Assembly (NCBI GenBank): GCA_028877275.1
Contig: JAPPFP010000010.1
Location: 67,640 to 131,639 of the forward strand
Source of the DNA: Acidobacteriota bacterium
GTDB taxonomy: Bacteria; Acidobacteriota; Thermoanaerobaculia; Multivoradales; Multivoraceae
Reading direction: 5' to 3'
DNA length: 64,000 nt
Numbering within the stretch: position 1 is the first letter of the stretch; each line of letters opens with the position of its first letter. Of this stretch, positions 29,520-40,719 are shown piece by piece. Both the position numbers and the translations under genes were made by a program. The notes under the pieces are model-generated. The model made no database searches. It saw only the letters and a program-made list of their open reading frames with translations, and was not told where the DNA came from.

Positions 29520-32500
29520 TCAGAGCTCGAACCGCACGCCGATGCTGAGGATCCGACCCAGGGGACTATGCGTCGAGGCGTCGTAGTTCGCCGGGCGGAA
29601 GATCAGCGGCGGATCCTCGTCGGCCAGGTTGAGGATCGAGGCGAAGAGCGTGGCGCGGTCGCCGGGCAGGAACCAGGAGACGTGGACGTCGTGGGTGGCG
29701 TGGGCGTCGACGGGGTAGTCGTCGCCCCAGGGCGCCGGCGCGCTCTGGTGGAAGGAGCCGGTGGCGTTCAGGTGCCAGCGGCCTGTGAACGGACCGCGCG
29801 AGTAGCCGGCGAAGACGCGGCCCTTGAGTTCCGGGAGCGGCCGGGCGAGGGAGGTGTCGAAGTTCAGCCGGCCCTTCGCGTCGACCGCCTCGCCGAGTTC
29901 CCAGCCGTCGATCCGCCAGGACAGCACGTACGTGGCCGACGCGCCCAGGCGGAGGCGTCCCCGGCCGGCATCGGTTTCGAACTCGGCCCGAAAGTCGATG
30001 CCGTCGGTCTCGATGTCCGGCCCGTTGACGATCCGCACCGACACGGCGTCGAGATTCTCGATCGTCGGTACGCTGCCGCTGATCGTCAGGGCTTCGAACC
30101 AGGGGGAGCCCGGATCGCACAGGGGATGGTCGGCTGGGGGGCAGGCCAGGCCGATGACGGCGCCGAAGGGCTGGATGACCAGCGGATCGGTGAAGTCGTA
30201 GCGCCAGTAGTCGAGCGTGGCGAAGAGCCGGCTCCCGGCGCCGGCCAGACCGCTCCGCTCGGCCACCAGGCCGACATTGAACGTCGTCGCCGACTCCGGG
30301 TCGAGCGCGGGATCGCCAACGATGCGGACCGGCTTCGCGGTGCCGATGGGACCGATGTTCTCGCGCGACGTCTCGGCGATGCCGGAGACCGTCTGATTGA
30401 GCGTCGGACCCCGGAACGTGGTCCCCAGGGAACCGCGCAGCGCCAGCGCGTCGGTCGCCTGCCAGCGCAGCGCGACCTTCGGATCGAGGCTCGATCCAAC
30501 GTCCCCGCCGTAGTCCTCGAAACGCAGCGAAAGCTGGCTGTCGAGGGAGGAGGCCAGCGGCAGCGACAGTTCGCCGAACACGGACCCGATGCCGCGGTCG
30601 TCCTCGGTCGAGAAGCCGGGCGGCAGGTAGACGAACAGGCCTTCCGGGTTGTCGCAGGAGGTGATCTCCGGGCCGCCCGGACAGGGGTACACCTCGATGT
30701 CGTGGAGCGCGCCACCTCGGGGCGGTGCGACGCCGACCGAGTAGGGCTTCAGTTCGTAGGTCTCGCCGCGCCACTGGGCGCCGACCGCATACTCCGCCGC
30801 GCCGCCGGGGAGAGTCCAATCGAGCAGGCCGCTGGCCACGGCTTCCAGCACGAGCAGGGTCGTTTCACCGCGAGTCCCGAGGGTGGTCGTCAGGTAGTCG
30901 AACAGGTGGCCGTTGTCGAACGCCGGGTCGTAGTCGGGGTTCGTGACCCCGGGTACGGCGGGATGGGGCCTGATCGAGTTGGAGAAGGGGATCCAGTACC
31001 TGCAGTCGCCCTGGCCGGCGTTCCCGCGCAGCGTCTCGAGCGAGAAGCTCAGGTTGCCGTCGCCGTCGTACTCGTTCGGGGCCTGACTCTCGCAGGCAAG
31101 GCCGCCGAGTCCCGCCAGCGCGCGCCGGAGGCGGTAGTCGAGGACATCGCCGTCCTCGAGGTTCCGCTCCGCGGCCGACCACGAGGCGCGGAAGGCCCAC
31201 AGCGTCTCGCCGGTCACTCCCTCGAAGTCGAAGGCGATCCGCTGGGTCTCCGACTCGCGGACGTAGCTGCGCAGCGGTCCCTCCTGGCCGAACGTCCGGC
31301 CGCGGATCCAGGCCACTTCCTGCCAGGAGGGGTCGATGCCGGCGGCGTCCTGGACGCCGCCGTCGCCGCGCCACAGGCAGTAGGGCGCGTCGCAGGAGGC
31401 GTAGGGGCCGTAGAGTTCGGGGTACAGCCTCGCCATGTCGATCAGGCCCGGGTTGTTCGCCCGCACCGAACGGCTGGTGTCCATGACCCTCGTCGGCGGA
31501 TAGGAAGGCGAGGTGAACCACGACGGCACCTCGCTGCGGGCGACCAGGACCTCGGCGCCCAGGTGCCAGCCGCCCTCGGTGTCCCAGGAGGCTTCGGTGA
31601 ACCACTGCCCGCGGCGCGTGTCCTGCACCAGGTTGTCGAAGGCGGTGTACTGGTAGCGGCAAAGCGGACTGTCGGGGCTGCTGCTCGCGCCGCCGACACG
31701 CTCGCAGTTCGGGTCGCGGATCCCGGGCTCGCCCGAAAGCGGATAGAACGTCGCCGGTCGGCCGGTCCCCGACCAGCCGCCGCGCGGGTTGTCGGCGTAG
31801 GGCGCAAGCGCCCAGTGCCGGTCGAGGAAGCGGATCGGGCCGCGACGGGATAGACCGAGCGAACTGACCGCATGGCCCCGGCCGCCGGCGAAAGGCCGGC
31901 CGCCGATCAGCCCGATCTCGCCGTCGCCGTTCGAACCGTCGATCACGCTGTGCTTGCCTTCGAACGAGAAGCCGTCGAAGTGGCTGCGTGTGATCACGTT
32001 CATCACGCCAGCGATCGCGTCCGAACCGTAGGTCGCCGCGCCGCCGTCGCGCAGGATCTCGACCCGCTCGACGGCGACCATCGGCAGGGCGTTCGTGTCG
32101 ACCATGAGCTGCGCCTGGTCCGGGATCGCTCCCGGCGACCAGGTCAGGCGATCCCCGTTCAGCAGAACCAGGGAGCGGCTCGCGCCAAGGCCGCGCAGGT
32201 TCAGGCTCGAGCGATCCGCGCCGGCGCGCACGCCGAACTGTTCGGAGCCGAGGTCGGCGCCGAAACTGAACGGGAGATTGCGGATGAGGTCGAACACGCC
32301 GGGAGATCCCTCGGCCTCGAGGTCGTCGCGCGAAAGGACGGAGACCGGCTGCGCCGCGTCCTCGGGGGTGCCGGGAATCCAGGAACCGGTGACCGTGACC
32401 GTGTGGCTGAAGGTCTCGAACTCGTGGCTGTGGTGCTCGTGGTCGTGGTCGGCTTCGTCCGCCTCGGCGTGTTCGTGCTCGTCGACCGGCGCCGGCCTGC

Positions 32501-32579
32501 CCTCCTGAGCCATCCCGGACGCCGCACACAGTAAGAGAAGCCCGGCTGCCAGACGCAACGGGAGGGCGGCCGTCGACAT
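29520..32579 (-). CDS. TonB-dependent receptor (1019 aa) with His/acidic-rich N-terminal extension, paralog 2
   Basis: Collinear with TBDR-1 and highly similar over its length. Extension VDEHEHAEADEADHDHEHHSHE precedes the same TonB box ETFSHTVTVTGSW. Nucleotide similarity is also evident, a diverged roughly 3-kb direct repeat. Confidence 0.85.
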   Translation of the reverse strand: MSTAALPLRLAAGLLLLCAASGMAQEGRPAPVDEHEHAEADEADHDHEHHSHEFETFSHTVTVTGSWIPGTPEDAAQPVSVLSRDDLEAEGSPGVFDLIRNLPFSFGADLGSEQFGVRAGADRSSLNLRGLGASRSLVLLNGDRLTWSPGAIPDQAQLMVDTNALPMVAVERVEILRDGGAATYGSDAIAGVMNVITRSHFDGFSFEGKHSVIDGSNGDGEIGLIGGRPFAGGRGHAVSSLGLSRRGPIRFLDRHWALAPYADNPRGGWSGTGRPATFYPLSGEPGIRDPNCERVGGASSSPDSPLCRYQYTAFDNLVQDTRRGQWFTEASWDTEGGWHLGAEVLVARSEVPSWFTSPSYPPTRVMDTSRSVRANNPGLIDMARLYPELYGPYASCDAPYCLWRGDGGVQDAAGIDPSWQEVAWIRGRTFGQEGPLRSYVRESETQRIAFDFEGVTGETLWAFRASWSAAERNLEDGDVLDYRLRRALAGLGGLACESQAPNEYDGDGNLSFSLETLRGNAGQGDCRYWIPFSNSIRPHPAVPGVTNPDYDPAFDNGHLFDYLTTTLGTRGETTLLVLEAVASGLLDWTLPGGAAEYAVGAQWRGETYELKPYSVGVAPPRGGALHDIEVYPCPGGPEITSCDNPEGLFVYLPPGFSTEDDRGIGSVFGELSLPLASSLDSQLSLRFEDYGGDVGSSLDPKVALRWQATDALALRGSLGTTFRGPTLNQTVSGIAETSRENIGPIGTAKPVRIVGDPALDPESATTFNVGLVAERSGLAGAGSRLFATLDYWRYDFTDPLVIQPFGAVIGLACPPADHPLCDPGSPWFEALTISGSVPTIENLDAVSVRIVNGPDIETDGIDFRAEFETDAGRGRLRLGASATYVLSWRIDGWELGEAVDAKGRLNFDTSLARPLPELKGRVFAGYSRGPFTGRWHLNATGSFHQSAPAPWGDDYPVDAHATHDVHVSWFLPGDRATLFASILNLADEDPPLIFRPANYDASTHSPLGRILSIGVRFEL

Positions 32580-32623
32580 GGCGCGGGAGCCTATCCGGCC
32601 GAACCGAGTACGATGCCCGACCG

Positions 32624-33370
32624 ATGTCCAACGTTCGGCTCGAATCCGACGGCCAGGTCGCTCGAATCACATTGACGCGGCGGAGGAAGGCGAACGCGCT
32701 CGACTCCGTAACCACCGCGGCGCTGCGGGAAGCGGTCATCAAGTCGGCAGAGGCGAGCCCACGCGTCGTGGTCCTCGCCGGCGACGGCGTCTTCTGCGGC
32801 GGCGCCGACATCCGCGAGATGGAGGATCTCGACGCGGTCGACGCGGAGCGCTTCATCCGCGGCCTCCACCGTGCGTTCCTGGCGATCCGCGAGCACCCGG
32901 CGCCGGTCGTTGCCGGGGTCTGCGGAGCAGCCCTGGGCGCGGGCCTCGAACTCCTCGTCTCGTGCGATCTGTCGGTGGCCGCCGACGACGCGATCTTCGG
33001 GATGCCGGAACCCCATGTCGGCCTGCCCTCGGTCATCGAGGCGGCCCTGCTGCCGGGCGTTGTGGGTCTGGTTCGCGCGCGGGAACTGCTGTTCCTTGGC
33101 GATCCGATCGACGCGACCGAGGCGGCGCGGATCGGGCTGGTCGGCGAGGTCGTGCCGGCCTCGGAACTGGAGGCGGCAGTGAACGCGAAGGTCGAGCGGC
33201 TGCTGCGCCTGAGCCCGGAGGCGCTGTCGCTGCAGAAGCGCCTGATCGGCCGCTGGCTCAACCTGCCCCTGGATCAGGCCGTGGAGGCCGGTGTCTCGGC
33301 GTTCCGGGCCGCCTACGGCACGGACGGACCCAGGAGGGAGATGGAGAGGTTCTGGCGGCGCCGGGAGTAG
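32624..33370 (+). CDS. enoyl-CoA hydratase/isomerase (crotonase fold)
   Basis: 248 aa. VVLAGDGVFCGGADIREM...GVCGAALGAGLEL...MPEPHVGL matches the crotonase oxyanion-hole motifs. Confidence 0.85.
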   Translation: MSNVRLESDGQVARITLTRRRKANALDSVTTAALREAVIKSAEASPRVVVLAGDGVFCGGADIREMEDLDAVDAERFIRGLHRAFLAIREHPAPVVAGVCGAALGAGLELLVSCDLSVAADDAIFGMPEPHVGLPSVIEAALLPGVVGLVRARELLFLGDPIDATEAARIGLVGEVVPASELEAAVNAKVERLLRLSPEALSLQKRLIGRWLNLPLDQAVEAGVSAFRAAYGTDGPRREMERFWRRRE

Positions 33371-33371
33371 G

Positions 33372-34370
33372 TCAGGCCGCGAGCCACCGCAGGCAGCCGG
33401 TCGATTCCAGCACCGCGTCGATCTCTTCGCGCTCCGGGAGCTCACCGTACTTGCCGCGGAGTGCCGCCAGCGACCTGGCGTGGTACTTCTGCGGCTTCTG
33501 GGTCCACTCGCCGCTGCCGAGGCCGACCGAGAACTCGTCCCGGGCACCGGCGATGGCGGTGGCGTTGGCGACGCTCCAGGGCAGGAAGATCGCGCCGACT
33601 TGCCGTTCGAGCAGTGGCGTCAGGGTCGGCGCCAGAGAGGCCCAGTCGTCGAACTCGCCGTTCGCCGTCGGATCGACCAGACGCTTGACCCAGGCGACAG
33701 TGCGGGGCGCCCGCTCTTCGAGCAGCCGGCCAGGTGTCGGATCCGTCCAGGCCTGGTGCATCTGGAAGCCCACGCCGAAGTCGCCGAACGCCGGACGGCC
33801 CCCGAACAGATAGTCGCGGCCGTCGAGGTGGGCCTCGATCAGGTCGACCGTGTCGAGAAACGACTGCTCGATCTGCGGCGCGGTCTGCTCGTTCGAGCCG
33901 ACGAACCAGACGCGGGGAACCATCCGCTCCCGGACCTGGGCGGTCATCGCCGTGAGGGTCTCTTCGTCGGCGCCGGGGTTCATGCCCTGGGCGATGCGGC
34001 GGGCGCCTGACTCCTGGTCCGCGGGCCGCGCCCAGCGGTAGTGGAACATCCACTTGTTGCCCCACTCGTCGCCGAACTCCTCGAGCAGCACGGAGACGAA
34101 GGCCGCGGTCGGATCCGGCGGGTGGATCGAGGGCTCGGGGAACTCGGCCTCCATCGCCTCGATGATCGGCGTCGAGTCCTGCATGCCGCGGTCGTCGGGC
34201 GTGACGACGAGGGGTACCAGGGGCAGCCTGGCGTAGCGCCGGAATTCGTCCTGGTTGGCCGGACTCCGGGGGATCCACTCGTGGGGGATTCCCTTGTACC
34301 GGAAGTAGGAGCGGACCTTGATGGAGTACGGAGAGAGTTCTCCGCCGAAGATTCGGTAGGGTCGGGCCAT
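33372..34370 (-). CDS. glutathione S-transferase-family protein (GST N-terminal thioredoxin-like fold)
   Basis: Internal ATG (MARPYRIFGGELSPYSIKVRSYFRYKGIPHEW) of ORF 33372..34580. The N-terminal GST/glutaredoxin-like motif is followed by an alpha-helical C-domain. About 333 aa. Confidence 0.65.
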   Translation of the reverse strand: MARPYRIFGGELSPYSIKVRSYFRYKGIPHEWIPRSPANQDEFRRYARLPLVPLVVTPDDRGMQDSTPIIEAMEAEFPEPSIHPPDPTAAFVSVLLEEFGDEWGNKWMFHYRWARPADQESGARRIAQGMNPGADEETLTAMTAQVRERMVPRVWFVGSNEQTAPQIEQSFLDTVDLIEAHLDGRDYLFGGRPAFGDFGVGFQMHQAWTDPTPGRLLEERAPRTVAWVKRLVDPTANGEFDDWASLAPTLTPLLERQVGAIFLPWSVANATAIAGARDEFSVGLGSGEWTQKPQKYHARSLAALRGKYGELPEREEIDAVLESTGCLRWLAA

Positions 34371-34440
34371 TGGCAGAGGCCTCCTGGAGGGGAGTCGTTG
34401 TCGGACGAAGGAGGCTGATCCTAGGAGGATTCCGGACCTC

Positions 34441-36468
34441 GTGGCAACGGCTCTCGATCTGAAACAGCGCCTGCGGAGCGTCTTCGGCCACTCCGCCTTC
34501 CGTCCGCACCAGGAAGAAGTGTGCCGCCGCACCGCGGAGGGCGTCGACGGCCTGGTCGTCATGCCGACCGGCGCCGGCAAGTCGCTCTGCTACCAGCTTC
34601 CGGGCCTGTTGCGGGGCGGTCCGACGCTTGTCTTTTCGCCGCTGATCGCCCTGATGGAGGATCAGACGGCGAAGCTCCGCGAGTTGGGCCTTCGCGCCGA
34701 ACGGATCCACTCGGGGCGGCCCCGCAGCGAGTCGCGGCAGGCCTGCAGGCTCTACCGTGACGGGGAGCTGGACTTCCTGTTCATCGCCCCCGAGCGACTC
34801 GGCGTGCCCGGCTTCATCGAGTTCCTCGAACGCTGCCGGCCGGCACTGATCGCGGTCGACGAGGCCCACTGCATCTCGCAGTGGGGCCACGACTTTCGTC
34901 CCGACTATCGCCTGCTGGGCCGGCGCCTGCCACGTCTGCGGCCGGCGCCGGTGCTGGCGTTGACCGCGACCGCGACGCCCCGCATTCAGGACGACATAGG
35001 CGCTCAACTCAACCTGGAAGGCGACCAGCGCTACATCTACGGTTTCCGGCGCGAGAACCTGGCGGTGGAGGTGATTCAGAGACCACCCTCGGCGCGTGCC
35101 GCGCTCGTGGCCGAGGTGTTGGGCGAAGAGGAACGGCGACCCGCGATCGTCTACGCCCCGACCCGAAAGGAAACGGAATCCCTGTCGGCCCGGCTGAACG
35201 AGGACTTCCCGTGTGGCGCGTACCACGCCGGGTTGCCGGCAGCCGAACGCGACCGGACTCAGGCAGCGTTTCTCGAAGGCGAACTGGATGCGATCGTCGC
35301 CACGACGGCCTTCGGCATGGGAATCGACAAGCCGGATATCCGGACGGTCGTCCACACGGCGATGCCGGCGTCGGTGGAGGGCTACTACCAGGAGATCGGT
35401 CGCGCTGGCCGCGACGGCGAGTCGGCGCGAGCCCTGCTCCTCTACTCCTGGGCCGACCGCCGAACCCAGGAGTTCCTGCACGGGCTCTCGTATCCGGAGG
35501 TCGGCGTTCTCAGGGACCTGTACGGCGCTCTTTCGGAGGAGCCGACGGAACAGGGCGAGCTGCAGCGCCGCCTCCGTTTCAACGAGGATCTCTTCGAGGC
35601 AGCGCTGGATCAACTGCGCATCCACGGCGGCGCGGTGATCGGCGGCGGCTACCGCGTGCGACGGGGTGAAGGCTCATGGCACCGGACCTACCGGGTCCAG
35701 CGCCGGCACCGGCTCGACCAGATCGATGAGATGACCCGCTTCGCCGACCACCGGGGCTGCCGCATGCTGCGTCTGGTGCGGCACTTCGGCGACCGCGCGG
35801 ACAGTGGGAGGCGCTGCGGCGCCTGCGACGTCTGTGCGCCTTCGTCGTGCCTCGTGCGACGTTTCCGGACGCCGCTCGCGGAGGAGGTTCAGGCGATGGG
35901 CACGGTCGTGTCGCTGCTCCGGCGTCGCGACGGCGTGGGCACGGGCCGCCTGTTCCGGGACTTCAGGGCCGTCCACGGGTCGTACGACCGCGGAGGCTTC
36001 GAAGACCTGCTGGGCGCTCTGGCCCAGTCGCGGATCCTGTTCGTCGAGGAAGACTCGTTCCAGAAGGACGGCGAGACGATCCGTTATCAGCGGGCCGGCC
36101 TGACGCCGAGCGGAAGGCGGCGTGGCGTCGACCTGGCGGAGCAGGTTCTGCTGCCGGACGACCCGCCCGACGAGCCGCCGGCTCGGCGACGGCGCGGCGG
36201 GGCGGTCGCTCCGGTCGAGATCACGGAAGCCGATGCGGACCCGGCGCTCGTCGAGGCGCTGCGCGAGTGGCGGGGGAAGGTCGCGCGCGAGAAGCGGCTA
36301 CCGGCGTACACCGTGCTGCACAACCGCACGATGGTGGCCGTCGCCGCCGCGCGACCGGCTGACCGGAGCCAGTTGCTCTCGATCCCGGGCATCGGTCCGA
36401 CGACGGTCAAGCGCTATGGCAGCGCGCTCCTGCGGATCGTGGCGGCGGAGAAACCGAGTCCCAAGTGA
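34441..36468 (+). CDS. recQ: ATP-dependent DNA helicase RecQ (with RQC and HRDC domains)
   Basis: GTG start preceded by AGGAGG. FRPHQEEV...MPTGAGKSLCYQLP...DEAHCISQWGHDFRPDY...C4 Zn-binding (CRMLRLVRHFGD...CGACDVC), and a C-terminal HRDC domain. Confidence 0.9.
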   Translation: MATALDLKQRLRSVFGHSAFRPHQEEVCRRTAEGVDGLVVMPTGAGKSLCYQLPGLLRGGPTLVFSPLIALMEDQTAKLRELGLRAERIHSGRPRSESRQACRLYRDGELDFLFIAPERLGVPGFIEFLERCRPALIAVDEAHCISQWGHDFRPDYRLLGRRLPRLRPAPVLALTATATPRIQDDIGAQLNLEGDQRYIYGFRRENLAVEVIQRPPSARAALVAEVLGEEERRPAIVYAPTRKETESLSARLNEDFPCGAYHAGLPAAERDRTQAAFLEGELDAIVATTAFGMGIDKPDIRTVVHTAMPASVEGYYQEIGRAGRDGESARALLLYSWADRRTQEFLHGLSYPEVGVLRDLYGALSEEPTEQGELQRRLRFNEDLFEAALDQLRIHGGAVIGGGYRVRRGEGSWHRTYRVQRRHRLDQIDEMTRFADHRGCRMLRLVRHFGDRADSGRRCGACDVCAPSSCLVRRFRTPLAEEVQAMGTVVSLLRRRDGVGTGRLFRDFRAVHGSYDRGGFEDLLGALAQSRILFVEEDSFQKDGETIRYQRAGLTPSGRRRGVDLAEQVLLPDDPPDEPPARRRRGGAVAPVEITEADADPALVEALREWRGKVAREKRLPAYTVLHNRTMVAVAAARPADRSQLLSIPGIGPTTVKRYGSALLRIVAAEKPSPK

Positions 36469-36481
36469 CACAATCCCGGTC

Positions 36482-37960
<1,479 letters not shown>

Positions 37961-37966
37961 GGCGGC

Positions 37967-39556
37967 TCAGTTGATGCCACGCTCCTTGCCTTCCCAGTAG
38001 GGGGAGCGCAGCTCGCGTTTCAGGACCTTCATCGCGCCGGAGAGCGGCAGCGGCTCGACCCGGAACTCGACGGACTTGGGCACCTTGTAGCCGGCGATCG
38101 ACTCACGGGCGTGGCTGATGATCGAGGCTTCGGTCCCCTCGTCGACGTCGGCGCCCTCCTTCGGCACGACGATCGCGTGGACCTGCTCGCCCCAGACCTC
38201 GTGGGGGATGCCGATCACGGCCACCTGGCCGACGACCGGGTGAGTCGAGATCGCGCTCTCGACCTCGGCCGAGTAGACGTTCTCGCCGCCCGAGACGATC
38301 ATGTCCTTTACCCGGTCGACCAGGAACAGGTAGCCCTCTTCGTCCAGATAGCCGGCGTCGCCGGTGTGATACCAGCCGCCCTGGAACGCTTCCTCCGTGG
38401 CCTCCGGCTTGTTCCAGTACTCGGTCATGTAGTTGCCGCCCTTGGCGCAGACCTCGCCGACTTCGCCCGAGGGCAGGATGTTGCCGTCCTCGTCCTGGAT
38501 CGACAGCACGACGCCGGGCACGGCCCGTCCGACCGAGCGCAGGCGGTCGCCGCCGACCTTGTGGTCCTCAGCGTCGAGAACGGTAAGCAACGACGAACTC
38601 TCGGTCATGCCGTAGCCCTGGCCGATCTCCATCTCGGGGAAGAGGGTGAGCAGCCGGTCGAGCAGGGCCGCAGGCATCGGCGACGCGCCATAACCCAGGT
38701 TGCGCAGCGAGGCGAGCTTCTCCGGCGTGAAGTCCGGGTGGCTCATCATCATGTGGATCATGGTCGGCACCATGGTGGTCGTCGTCACCTGGTATTTCTC
38801 AATCAGCGCGATCGCCGCGCCGGGGTCGAACATCGGCATCAGGACGAACTTGCCACCGAAGGTCTGGGTCGCGATGACCCCGACCATGGACGCCGCGTGG
38901 AAGATCGGCGTCTGCAGCAGGGCAACGCCGTCCGAGAGCTGCGGGAAACGCATGATCCCGTGATAGGTGTTCAGGATCTCGGCGCGCTGGTTGCAGAGGA
39001 CGCCCTTCGGCAGCCCCGTAGTACCGCCGGTGTACATGAGGACGACCGCGTCGGTTTCCTCGGGCTCGTCCGGAAGCACCGGGTCGCTGCCGGCGATCAG
39101 GTCCTCGTAACGCAGGTCGTAGGGAGCGTTCGTGTCGTCGTCGGGCCCGCCGATCAGCACCGTGCGCCGGACCGTGCAGTCGTCCCCGGCGAGCGCCATC
39201 GCCTGGGCGAACAGCGGCGCGAAGGTCTTGTCGACGAAGGCGACTTCCGTGCCCGAATCGCGCACGATGTAGTCGAGCTCCTTGCCGGCCAGGCGCAGGT
39301 TCAGGGGATTGATCACACCTGCGCCGAGGTAGGCGGCGTGGTACAGCTCGACGTACTCGTGGCAGGTGAGCGCCATGACCGCGAAGCGATCGCTGCGGCG
39401 GACACCCAACTCGTCGCTCAACGCCGTGCACAGGCGCATCGTGCGGTCGGCATGCTCGCCAAAGGTGGCGCTGTAGGCGCCGTCGATGATCGACTCCTTG
39501 TTCGCCAGATAGCTCATGGCCGGAACGAACAGCCGGTGGAAGATCAGTTCCTTCAT
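37967..39556 (-). CDS. acyl-CoA synthetase / AMP-dependent ligase
   Basis: 529 aa. AMP-binding motifs (LMYTGGTTGLPKGV, GYGMTE, YHTGDAGYLDEEGYLFLVDRVKD, GYKVPK). Confidence 0.85.
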   Translation of the reverse strand: MKELIFHRLFVPAMSYLANKESIIDGAYSATFGEHADRTMRLCTALSDELGVRRSDRFAVMALTCHEYVELYHAAYLGAGVINPLNLRLAGKELDYIVRDSGTEVAFVDKTFAPLFAQAMALAGDDCTVRRTVLIGGPDDDTNAPYDLRYEDLIAGSDPVLPDEPEETDAVVLMYTGGTTGLPKGVLCNQRAEILNTYHGIMRFPQLSDGVALLQTPIFHAASMVGVIATQTFGGKFVLMPMFDPGAAIALIEKYQVTTTTMVPTMIHMMMSHPDFTPEKLASLRNLGYGASPMPAALLDRLLTLFPEMEIGQGYGMTESSSLLTVLDAEDHKVGGDRLRSVGRAVPGVVLSIQDEDGNILPSGEVGEVCAKGGNYMTEYWNKPEATEEAFQGGWYHTGDAGYLDEEGYLFLVDRVKDMIVSGGENVYSAEVESAISTHPVVGQVAVIGIPHEVWGEQVHAIVVPKEGADVDEGTEASIISHARESIAGYKVPKSVEFRVEPLPLSGAMKVLKRELRSPYWEGKERGIN

Positions 39557-39586
39557 CTCAAGGGGAACTCCTATAGGGGGGCGGGC

Positions 39587-40594
39587 TCAGTTCGCGGACA
39601 GGGAGGCGATCACGTCCCGCTGCGTTGCCTCGTCGAGGAAGCGGAGGTTGGGGCTCATGCGGTCGACGACCTCGCCGTAGCGGTCGAGGACGCCTCGGGC
39701 GAGGTCGCCCGGCTCGCCGACGACGGCGAACGCGTCGAGCATTTCGTCGGTGATGAGAAGGCCCATCTCGTCCCACTGGCCCTGTTTGGACATGCGGTTC
39801 AGCTCGAGTTGCAGGTCGCCCCAGCCCTCGGATTCGAGCACCGGCCGGTAGGCGGGCGTCGAGCCGTAGAAGGAGATCTGTTTCTTGACCGCCCGCTTTG
39901 TTTCCTCGAACGTCTTCTCGTCCTGCCCGGAAACGATGAAGCCGGGGTAGGCGATCTCGAAGTCCGAGCGGTCGCGGCCGGCGGCGGCCAGACCGCGCTC
40001 GATGGCCGGAAGGGTGGTATCGCGCATGTAGGACCGGGTCGTGAACGGGTGGACGATCAGCCCGTCCGCGACCTCGCCGGCGACCTCGGTCATCAGCGGT
40101 CCAACAGCGGCCAGGAAGACCCTCGGCGAGCCGTGGTCCGTGTTCGTCGGCGTGAACATGGGCGTCATCAGGGTGTGCGAGTAGAACTCACCCTGGAAGC
40201 GAAGCCGCTCGCCCTCATACCAGTTCGACCAGATCGCGCGCATCGCCAGAATGAACTCACGCATGCGTCGGGCGGGGTGCGACCAGGGCATGCTGAAGCG
40301 CTTCGTGATGTGGGGCCGGATCTGGGAGCCGAGGCCAAGAATCAGGCGGCCCTGCGAGTAGGCGTTCAGGTCGTGGCCGACGTTCGCCAGGTTCATCGGA
40401 GTGCGGGCGAAGGCGACCGCGATCGATGTCATCAGCTCGATCCGCTCGCTGTGCTCCGCGGCAAGGAGCAACGGGAAGAACGGATCGTGCGCCGTTTCGG
40501 CGGTCATCGCGGCCGCGAAACCGGCGTCTTCGAGTTCCCGGATACGGGCCGGAACCTCGCGCAGATCGGTGGGGAGTCCGCCGTCAACCTTCAT
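39587..40594 (-). CDS. LLM-class F420-dependent oxidoreductase
   Basis: 335 aa. Luciferase-like TIM barrel (LILGLGSQ...HITKRFSMPW), typical of the F420-dependent subfamily. Confidence 0.75.
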   Translation of the reverse strand: MKVDGGLPTDLREVPARIRELEDAGFAAAMTAETAHDPFFPLLLAAEHSERIELMTSIAVAFARTPMNLANVGHDLNAYSQGRLILGLGSQIRPHITKRFSMPWSHPARRMREFILAMRAIWSNWYEGERLRFQGEFYSHTLMTPMFTPTNTDHGSPRVFLAAVGPLMTEVAGEVADGLIVHPFTTRSYMRDTTLPAIERGLAAAGRDRSDFEIAYPGFIVSGQDEKTFEETKRAVKKQISFYGSTPAYRPVLESEGWGDLQLELNRMSKQGQWDEMGLLITDEMLDAFAVVGEPGDLARGVLDRYGEVVDRMSPNLRFLDEATQRDVIASLSAN

Positions 40595-40719
40595 GTGCTT
40601 CTCCTGGCCTGGTGCCTCTGTGGTCCGAAGGTGGCGGGCGAGTATAGAGGAGCATTCGCCTTGCTACGATCCCGGCTTTCGCGCTTGAGACAATCGCGTT
40701 TTCGTCCCAGGGAGCTTGC

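Noticed and set aside
23797-32579. SusC/SusD-type polysaccharide utilisation locus interpretation of the large TBDRs
   Set aside because: There is no SusD-like lipoprotein or glycoside hydrolase adjacent. The N-terminus lacks the carboxypeptidase-regulatory-like domain typical of SusC and instead carries a His-rich segment directly before the TonB box.
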